Below are positions 55,739-63,364 of a stretch of 63,364 nucleotides of DNA, one piece after another. The position numbers and the translations under genes were made by a program. Numbering within the stretch: position 1 is the first letter of the stretch; each line of letters opens with the position of its first letter. The notes under the pieces are model-generated. The model was not told the DNA's origin and made no database searches. It saw nothing but the letters and a program-made list of their open reading frames with translations. This stretch comes from Luteitalea sp. (GTDB lineage: Bacteria; Acidobacteriota; Vicinamibacteria; Vicinamibacterales; CAVVIG01): positions 1-63,364 of the forward strand of contig WHSN01000005.1 of assembly GCA_009380045.1 (NCBI GenBank), written 5' to 3'.

Positions 55739-57730
55739 ATGAAACTCGTCGTCCCTCTTCTGGTCGTGCTCATGGCGCCCGCGGCGGCGGCGGCACAGCC
55801 GTCTCCATCGCCGGCCACGCTGCTGCGAGAATTCAGCCTCGACCAGCTCGGAAGCATCGAGGTGACGACCGTCTCGAAACAACCGGTCGAGGCCTGGCGG
55901 TCGGCGGCGGCGGTCTTCGTGCTGACGCAGGACGACATCCGGCGTTCGGGCGCCACGACGCTCCCGGAGTTGCTGCGCCTGGTCGCCGGCGTGCAGGTGT
56001 CCCGCCTCGACTCCAGTCACTGGGCCGTCGGCGTGCGCGGGCTCACCAGCGCGTTTTCGAAGTCGCTCCTGGTCCTGATTGACGGGCGCAGCATCTACAC
56101 TCCTCTTTTCAGCGGCGTCTTCTGGCAGGTTCAGGACACGCTGATCGAGGACATCGAGCGGATCGAGGTGATTCGGGGGCCGGGCGGCACCATCTGGGGC
56201 GCCAACGCGGTCAACGGCGTCATCAACGTCATCACCAGGAGCAGCCGGGAGACGGTCGGCGCGCTCGCGTCGGTGAGCGGAGGGAACGTCGACCAGGGTC
56301 GAGTGGGATTCAGATACGGCGGCAGTCGTGGAGACGCGCTCCATTACCGCGTGTACGGCAGCGGATTCGTGCGCGCGGCGCAACGTCACACCGACGGCCA
56401 CCTGTTCGACGATTGGAGCATCGGTCAGGCGGGCTTCAGAATGGACGCGACCCGTCCGGGCGGCGACACCTTCAGCGTCCAGGGCGACCTGTACTCAGGG
56501 ACGGCCGGCGATCGACTCGGCGTCGGCTCCTTCTTTCCTCCGAGCCGTCTGATGGTCGAAGGCGCCGAGCGCGTATCCGGCGGAAATCTCCTGGCGCGCT
56601 GGCAACGCGACATCCAGGGCGGCGGAGGCGTCCAGTTCCAGGCGTACTACGATCGAACGACGCGCGCCGGCCTTCACTTCGGCGAATCGAGACACACCTT
56701 CGATGTCGATTTCCTGCACCGGACGCCGCTCGGCCGTCGTCACGACGTGTCCTGGGGCGCCGGGGCTCGGTTCAGCCCCGCCGATTACACGACGGTCTAT
56801 TCGACGCTCAGCTTCGTCCCGGAAGATCGCGCCCATCGCTTCGTCTCGGCGTTCGCGCACGACGAGATCGCCGTGGTCGGCGACAGGCTCTGGCTGACGC
56901 TCGGATCCAAGCTCGAGCACAACAGCGACTCCGGGCTGGAGGTCCAGCCGAGCGCGCGCCTCCTGTGGCGGCCGAACGCGCGCGAAACGGTGTGGACGTC
57001 GGTGACCAGGGCGCTGCGCACGCCGTCGCGCATCGACACCGACCTGCGTTTGACCGGCTTCGGATCGGTCGACCCTCCGGCGTACCTGCTGGTGACCGGC
57101 TCGCGGGATTTCCGATCGGAATCGCTGGTCGGCGTGGAGGTCGGCTATCGAAGGCTCCTCGCGTCACAGCTCTACCTCGATGTGACGGCGTTCCACAACA
57201 ACTACGACGACCTGGCCGGTTTCGGCCCGTTCGCGATAACGGTGGAGCGCGACCCGATTCTCCATCTGCAGTTCGCCGTCCCTTACGAGAACGCGATACG
57301 GGGGACGATCGACGGCTTCGAGATGTCGCCCGACTGGCGGCCGGCCTCCTGGCTGCGGCTGAAGGGGGCGTACGCCTTCCTGACCATCGACATGGAGAAT
57401 CGCCCGGGGTACCTTGCCGACGATCCGAACATCCTGCTCTACGAGGAATCGAGCCCACGGCACCAGGGCTTCGTGCAGGCATCGTTGACGCTGCCCGGAC
57501 GGCTCGAGCTCGATCACATCTATCGATTCGTGGGCCGACTGCCCTCCCATGACATCCCCGGCTACGTCACGGCCGATGCCCGCCTCGGGTGGCAGCTCTC
57601 CAACCAGGTAACGGTCGCGATCGCCGGACACAATCTGCTGCAGCCGCACCACGTGGAGTTCTTTCGTGACGACGTCGCGCCGGTGGGTATCCGCCGAAGC
57701 GTCTACGCCACCCTGACATGGCGGCGATAG
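55739..57730 (+). CDS. TonB-dependent receptor (plug plus beta-barrel), no N-terminal signalling extension
   Basis: Signal peptide. Plug: IEVTTVSK..DIRRSGATTLPELLRLVAGVQV..LIDGRSIYTP..IERIEVIRGPGGTIWGANAVNGVINVIT. Barrel ends ..RSVYATLTWRR. Confidence 0.9.
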   Translation: MKLVVPLLVVLMAPAAAAAQPSPSPATLLREFSLDQLGSIEVTTVSKQPVEAWRSAAAVFVLTQDDIRRSGATTLPELLRLVAGVQVSRLDSSHWAVGVRGLTSAFSKSLLVLIDGRSIYTPLFSGVFWQVQDTLIEDIERIEVIRGPGGTIWGANAVNGVINVITRSSRETVGALASVSGGNVDQGRVGFRYGGSRGDALHYRVYGSGFVRAAQRHTDGHLFDDWSIGQAGFRMDATRPGGDTFSVQGDLYSGTAGDRLGVGSFFPPSRLMVEGAERVSGGNLLARWQRDIQGGGGVQFQAYYDRTTRAGLHFGESRHTFDVDFLHRTPLGRRHDVSWGAGARFSPADYTTVYSTLSFVPEDRAHRFVSAFAHDEIAVVGDRLWLTLGSKLEHNSDSGLEVQPSARLLWRPNARETVWTSVTRALRTPSRIDTDLRLTGFGSVDPPAYLLVTGSRDFRSESLVGVEVGYRRLLASQLYLDVTAFHNNYDDLAGFGPFAITVERDPILHLQFAVPYENAIRGTIDGFEMSPDWRPASWLRLKGAYAFLTIDMENRPGYLADDPNILLYEESSPRHQGFVQASLTLPGRLELDHIYRFVGRLPSHDIPGYVTADARLGWQLSNQVTVAIAGHNLLQPHHVEFFRDDVAPVGIRRSVYATLTWRR

Positions 57731-58293
57731 ATCGCATGCTCCGGCGGTCGGCGTCGATGGCGCTCGTCGTGACGCTCACCGGGGGGCTGGCCATCGAGAT
57801 CCACGCCCAGAGGCCGCCGGAATACCAGGTCAAGGCGGCGTATCTCTACGGGTTCGGCAGGTTCGTCGAATGGCCGGCCAGTGCGCCGGCCGACGCCGGG
57901 GAGACGTTCGTCTTCTGCGTGCTGGGCCAGGATCCGTTTGGACAATGGCTCGACGAGGTGGTGGCCGGCGCGGTGATCAAGGACAAACCGGTCAGCGTCC
58001 GGCGCATCGCGCAGCCGGAAGAGAGCGGGTCCTGTCACACGATGTTCATCAGCGCCTCCGAAGGCGGCCGGCTGGAACGGATTCTCCAGACGCTCGAGCG
58101 GCGCCCGGTGCTGACGGTGAGCGATGCGCCCGAGTTCGCACAGCACGGCGGGATGATCGGCTTCACTCTCGACGGCAACCGCGTCCGTTTCGCCGTGAAC
58201 CTCACCGCGGCCCAGGATGCGGGACTCCAGTTGAACTCAGAGCTGCTTCGCGTGGCGGCGACGGTTCTCACCAGCCGCCCACCGGGAGACTGA
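57718..58293 (+). CDS. YfiR/DUF4154 family periplasmic protein
   Basis: EYQVKAAYLYGFGRFVEWP..FVFCVLG..CHTMFIS..RPVLTVSD..GGMIGFTLDGNRVRFAVNLTAAQDAGLQLNSELLRVA matches the YfiR family layout. The alternative start is ATG 57736. Confidence 0.8.
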   Translation: MAAIDRMLRRSASMALVVTLTGGLAIEIHAQRPPEYQVKAAYLYGFGRFVEWPASAPADAGETFVFCVLGQDPFGQWLDEVVAGAVIKDKPVSVRRIAQPEESGSCHTMFISASEGGRLERILQTLERRPVLTVSDAPEFAQHGGMIGFTLDGNRVRFAVNLTAAQDAGLQLNSELLRVAATVLTSRPPGD

Positions 58294-58300
58294 TCCAGAG

Positions 58301-59782
58301 ATGCCCCTCGCAGACCGATCGCTCATCGCCAGGCGGCTCACGTGGATGAACATGCTCGCGAGCGGCACCGCCCTGGTTGTCGCGATTCTGATCCTGCTGG
58401 CGTACGACTTGGTGACGTTCAGGGAGATGATGCTCGTGAACCGATCGGTCCAGGCGAAGGTCGTCGAATCGAACACCGCCGCCGCCCTGACATTCGACGA
58501 TCCTCTCACCGCCGAGCGGACGCTCGCGGCGCTGAGCGCAGAACCTCGCATCGAAGGGGGAGGTCTCTACCGGCCCGACGGGCGGCTGTTCACGTCGTAT
58601 CTGCGCGACCCCGCTCTCGATCCGCTGGTGCTGCCCGAGGTTCCGTCCGACCTGATCGACTGGCACCGGTTCGAGGGATTGCGCAGACTGCACGTGATTC
58701 GCCGGGTGCTTCTCGACGGGAAGCCAACCGGGGTGGTGTACATTCGATCCGATCTCCAGGAAGCGACCGAGCGGCTGAAGGGCTACGGAGCGATCGCCGG
58801 CGTCGTGCTGCTGGTCTCACTCGCGGCAGCGCAACTGGTCTCGCGCGTCGCGAGACACGCCATCTCGGAACCGATCGCGGAACTCGCCGCGCTGGCGACC
58901 CGCCTGTCGACGGAGCGTGACTACTCGGTGCGCGTCACCACGACGGGACAAGGGGAGCTGGCGGTGCTCATCTCGGCCTTCAACGAGATGCTGGCCCAGA
59001 TCCAGGACCGCGACCAGTCGCTGCGGGACAGCCACGATCTGCTCGAAGAGCGGGTACAGCGGCGGACGGCGGCGCTCGACGCGTCGAACAAGGAGCTCGA
59101 GGCGTTCTGCTACTCGGTCTCTCACGATCTTCGATCACCGTTGCGCAGTATCGACGGCTTCAGCCAGGCGCTGCTCGAGGATCTGGACGGCAGGCTCGAC
59201 GACAGCTGCGTCGAACATCTCAGGCGGATCCGGGCGGCCTCGCAGCGCATGGGCACGTTGATCGACGACCTGCTCAACCTGTCGCGCATCACGCGAACCG
59301 AGCTGACGCACAAGCCGGTGGACCTCAGCGCGCTGGCGCGCACGGTGGTCGACGATCTCGCGATCGCACAGCCCAACCGGAGGGTCGCCATCGTGATCGC
59401 CGAGGGCCTCGAGGCGCTCGGCGATCCTCGCCTGCTGCGCCAGGTGCTCGACAACCTGATCGGCAATGCCTGGAAATTCACCTCGAAACAACCCGCGGCT
59501 CGCGTCGAGTTCGGGGCGCTCGAGAAGGAGGGAGAAACCATCTATTTCGTCAAGGACAACGGCGCCGGTTTCGATCCGGCCTATACCGAGCGCCTGTTCG
59601 GGGTCTTCCAGCGGCTGCACGCGATGAACGAATTCCCGGGCACCGGGGTTGGTCTGGCGATCGTGGACCGGATTGTCCGGCGACACGGCGGCCGGGTGTG
59701 GGCTGACGCCACAATCGGTCGGGGCGCGACCTTCTATTTCACGCTGGTGTCATCAGCCGCGCACTCGGGCCACGCCGCGTGA
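58301..59782 (+). CDS. membrane sensor histidine kinase (TM, periplasmic CHASE8-like loop, TM, HAMP, HisKA, HATPase)
   Basis: TM1 LASGTALVVAILILLAY. A loop of about 140 aa (AAALTFDDPLTAERTLAALSAEPRIEGGGLYRPDGRLFTSY). TM2 IAGVVLLVSLAAA. HAMP. H-box SVSHDLRSPLRSI. N/G boxes NLIGNAWKF, DNGAGF, GTGVGLAIV. Confidence 0.9.
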   Translation: MPLADRSLIARRLTWMNMLASGTALVVAILILLAYDLVTFREMMLVNRSVQAKVVESNTAAALTFDDPLTAERTLAALSAEPRIEGGGLYRPDGRLFTSYLRDPALDPLVLPEVPSDLIDWHRFEGLRRLHVIRRVLLDGKPTGVVYIRSDLQEATERLKGYGAIAGVVLLVSLAAAQLVSRVARHAISEPIAELAALATRLSTERDYSVRVTTTGQGELAVLISAFNEMLAQIQDRDQSLRDSHDLLEERVQRRTAALDASNKELEAFCYSVSHDLRSPLRSIDGFSQALLEDLDGRLDDSCVEHLRRIRAASQRMGTLIDDLLNLSRITRTELTHKPVDLSALARTVVDDLAIAQPNRRVAIVIAEGLEALGDPRLLRQVLDNLIGNAWKFTSKQPAARVEFGALEKEGETIYFVKDNGAGFDPAYTERLFGVFQRLHAMNEFPGTGVGLAIVDRIVRRHGGRVWADATIGRGATFYFTLVSSAAHSGHAA

Positions 59783-59998
59783 CCTGACGATACGAGGAGC
59801 GGCGGCGGTCTCGATCACATCAGGCAGCTCTGCAGCATTGTCGGCGTCGCGCTCCAGCACCCTCGACGTCGGTGCCCGGCATCTCTCCGCGTCGGCATTC
59901 GAGCGCCTGCCCGACGAGTTCCGACCACGCTGTCACCTCAGTTCCCGGCGCGCTTCCCGCCGACGCACCCTGCGTGAGTTCTCAACTAAGATTGGTCC

Positions 59999-60331
59999 AT
60001 GTCTGATCAGCCGACGCAAATCAACTTCACGATCATCCCCGCCGACGACCCGGTGGAATCGCCGTCACCGCGCATCTACGCGAACTTCTGTTCGATTGCG
60101 CATACGCCGTTCGACTTCACGCTCACCTTTTGCGAGGTCATGCCGCTGTCGGAGAAGGAGATCAAGGCGGCCGAGACCGATCATGTCGTCCGCGCCCCGG
60201 TGCGCGTCAAGGTGGTCGTCCCGGTTCAGTTCGTCCCGAATCTCGTCTCCGCGCTGCAGGAGCACTGGCGGGTGTTCTCGGAGTCCTACAGCAACGTCGG
60301 GTGGAACAAGGGCGCCGGCCCGATTCACTGA
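59999..60331 (+). CDS. DUF3467 domain-containing protein
   Basis: RIYANFCSIAHTPFDFTLTFCEV...VRVKVVVPVQFVPNLVSALQEHW is typical of DUF3467. Confidence 0.8.
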   Translation: MSDQPTQINFTIIPADDPVESPSPRIYANFCSIAHTPFDFTLTFCEVMPLSEKEIKAAETDHVVRAPVRVKVVVPVQFVPNLVSALQEHWRVFSESYSNVGWNKGAGPIH

Positions 60332-60398
60332 AGGAGCATGTGACTGGGTTGTCGCCGGCGGCGAGCCGCGGACAGCACGCACCGACAGTCGGGCGATC

Positions 60399-61094
<696 letters not shown>

Positions 61095-61438
61095 GGCGCT
61101 GCGGGGCATTCCCTCGCGGTTCCGGCAGGCGATGCACAACCTGGCGATCGTCGTCGAAGATGAACCGTCGCCCGACCTGCTCAGAGAGATGGACATCACG
61201 CCGCCCGACACCCTGTTCGGGCTGTATCAAGGCATCCCGCTCACCGAGCGGCGATGGGACTACGGCAATGCCCTCCCCGATCGCATCCTGTTGTTTCAGG
61301 GTCCGCACGAGCGCGAAGCCGCCGACCAGGACGACCTGGTCGCGTCGATCGCGGAGACGTTGATCCACGAGATCGGCCACTACTTCGGCTTGAGCGAAGA
61401 GGAGATCGAGGAGATCGAGGAACACTACTGGCAGACGT

Positions 61439-62278
61439 ATGACCGCTAGTCATCGGCCGCTCAAGCGCTTCGGCCAGAACTTTCTCGAATCCGCGTGGGC
61501 CGAGAAGCTGGTTCGCTCGATCGATCCGCAGGCCGATCAGACGTTTGTCGAGATTGGCCCCGGACGCGGCGCGATCACGTTGCCGCTGGCCCGGTCGGCG
61601 CGCCACGTCGTCGCCTTCGAGATCGACCGCGACCTCGCCGCCGACCTGCGCGCCACTCTGCCAGGCAACGTCACGATCGTGGAAGGCGACTTCCTGGATC
61701 TGACGGCGCCCGAGCTCGTCGATGCCCTTCGACGATGCAGCGCCGAAGGGCCGATCAGGGTGGCCGGCAATCTGCCCTACAACGTCGCCTCGCCGATTCT
61801 CTTCAAGCTGACCGAGCTGGTCGGGGCCGGAGTGCCGCTGGCAGATGCCGCCGTGATGCTGCAACGCGAAGTGGCGGACCGGCTGCTCGCGGCGCCCGGC
61901 ACGCGCGACTACGGGGTGCTCACCGTCCTCATCGGCCACGTGGCGGCCGTCGATCGGCTGCTGCAACTGCCAGCCGGCGCCTTCCGTCCCCAGCCGAAAG
62001 TGTTGTCGACGGTCGTCCGACTCCGCTTCCAGGACCCGCACCCGGCGGTCGTCGACCCTCGGGTGTTCGCCGGCATGACGCAGGCGATGTTCACGAGGCG
62101 GCGAAAGACCATCGCCAACGCGCTGCTGGCATACGGTTCACCCGCGGGCATCGCTCCCGAACAGGCTCTTGCCGCGGCCGGAATCGACCCCCAGCGCCGG
62201 CCCGAGACCCTCGCGATAGCCGAAATTGCCGCACTCTCTGATGCTTACGCGAACGCGCGCCGTCGGGCTGTGCTATAG
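61439..62278 (+). CDS. rsmA: 16S rRNA (adenine1518/1519-N6)-dimethyltransferase RsmA/KsgA
   Basis: LKRFGQNFL, VEIGPGRGAIT, GNLPYNVASPILF, FRPQPKV. Confidence 0.92.
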   Translation: MTASHRPLKRFGQNFLESAWAEKLVRSIDPQADQTFVEIGPGRGAITLPLARSARHVVAFEIDRDLAADLRATLPGNVTIVEGDFLDLTAPELVDALRRCSAEGPIRVAGNLPYNVASPILFKLTELVGAGVPLADAAVMLQREVADRLLAAPGTRDYGVLTVLIGHVAAVDRLLQLPAGAFRPQPKVLSTVVRLRFQDPHPAVVDPRVFAGMTQAMFTRRRKTIANALLAYGSPAGIAPEQALAAAGIDPQRRPETLAIAEIAALSDAYANARRRAVL

Positions 62279-62369
62279 TTTTCCCGTAAGTCATACGTAG
62301 GTCGCACCTTATTAGGTTGGACCCGCGCCAGCCCGCCCGTAACGTTCAGGCGCGCCCAGTCGCCTGATC

Positions 62370-62391
62370 GAGCTGCCGGAACCGGCAGCTC
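62370..62391 (+). other. perfect 10-bp inverted repeat with 2-nt loop (GAGCTGCCGG-AA-CCGGCAGCTC)
   Basis: Read directly. Lies between the rsmA stop (62278) and the rnj start (62451). No U-tract follows. Confidence 0.85.
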
Positions 62392-62450
62392 CCGTCGCCA
62401 TCAGCGTCCCGCCAGGGATCGTGACGGTGCCGGTGCGTCCACAGATCCAG

Positions 62451-63364
62451 CATGCTCGAAATCGTACCGCTTGGCGGGCTCGGCGAGTTCGGAATGAACA
62501 TGATGGCGTTCACCTGGGGTGATACGACCATCGTGATCGACGCCGGCGTGATGTTTCCCGACCCTGACCTGCTTGGCGTGGATCGCATCATCCCGGACTC
62601 GACCTACCTGCAGCAGCAAGGGGGCGCGGCGGCGCTCGTCTTGACTCACGGTCACGAGGATCACATCGGCGGCGTCCCCCACCTCGTGCCGCTCCTCCAC
62701 GGACCGATCTACGGCACACCGCTCACGCTCGCTCTACTCGAAGGCAAGCTCCGGGAGCACGGGCTTCAGGACACGCCGATCCAGTCGGTCCGGCCGCGCG
62801 ATCGCGTCACCGTCGGCCCTTTCACCATCGAGTTCATCCGGGTCACGCACAGCATCCCGGACTGCGTCGCGCTGGCGATTCACACGCCGGTCGGGATTAT
62901 CGTGCACAGCGGCGACTTCAAGATCGATCAGACGCCGCTCGACGGCGAACACTTCGACGTCCACCGCTTCGCCCAGCTCGGCGCCGAGGGCGTGCTGGCG
63001 CTGCTCGCCGACAGCACCAACGTCGATCGGCGCGGCTTCACCGGCTCGGAAACCGAAGTTGTCGAAGCGTTCGAGGAAATCTTCACCAGCGCGCCGGGCC
63101 GCCTGATCGTCGCCGCCTTCTCCTCCAGCATCTACCGGATGCAGATCCTGGTCGACCTGGCGACACAGTTCGACAGGAAGGTCGCGTTCGTCGGCCGCGG
63201 CATGACGCAGAACTCCGAGATCGCCCAGCGTCTGGGCTACCTGCGGATTCCGAGCGGCATGCAGATCAGGGACTCGGAGGTCGCGAGCTATCCGGCCCAG
63301 GACGTCCTCTGCTTGACCACGGGGTCGCAGGGAGAACCGATGTCGGCGCTGTCGCGGATCGCCA
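62451..63364 (+). CDS. rnj: ribonuclease J (metallo-beta-lactamase/beta-CASP), 3' end runs off the window
   Basis: Own translation from ATG 62451: MLEIVPLGGLGEFGMNMMAFTWGDTTIVIDAGVMFP..LVLTHGHEDHIGG..IIVHSGDFKIDQTP..LADSTN. Open to the window end, so absent from the ORF track. Confidence 0.9.

Overview
High-GC (roughly two-thirds G+C by eye) chromosomal segment. The gene content suggests an Acidobacteriota-like soil bacterium, but that is inference only. I can support about 63 protein-coding features. I saw no rRNA, tRNA or CRISPR array. Most of the window is core genome:
- a MacAB-type efflux fragment and an ECF sigma/anti-sigma/DUF4252 trio
- AraC, Crp and MarR regulators and an M16 peptidase
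- lactate permease, treZ plus a glycogen debranching enzyme, a hybrid histidine kinase, PBP1A and TerC
- an hspR-cbpA-clpB-ftsH block
- rho, aspartate aminotransferase, coaD, rsmD, recG, lexA, nth, rsmA and rnj

Less ordinary parts:
1. A copper island at 13.5-18.6 kb. It holds a MelC1-like caddie plus tyrosinase, convergent with copC, an exported-looking SAM methyltransferase, copD, cytochrome P460 and a Cys-rich exported protein.
2. A 439-bp AT-richer gap between convergent genes at 20.2-20.6 kb. It carries two perfect tandem TTTTCCACA DnaA-box-like 9-mers and other short repeats.
3. A same-strand cluster of hypotheticals at 20.6-23.6 kb. It includes two tandem paralogous lipoproteins and a degenerate ComF-like PRTase-fold protein.
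4. A lower-GC islet with an IS630 transposase remnant at 44.4-45.6 kb.
5. A tightly packed four-gene module at 55.3-59.8 kb: CheY-like response regulator, TonB-dependent receptor, YfiR/DUF4154 protein and a histidine kinase with a periplasmic sensor loop. I consider this the best candidate for an under-described signalling system, but the function is inference only.

Four genes are interrupted: the HlyD adaptor, rho, a DUF1801 gene and the IS630 transposase. The rho and HlyD lesions are 1-2 nt indels, so assembly error must be excluded before any biology is read into them. Many long ORFs in the track are antisense shadows typical of GC-rich DNA and were ignored. Coordinates of starts are my choices within the supplied ORFs. 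Alternative starts are possible.
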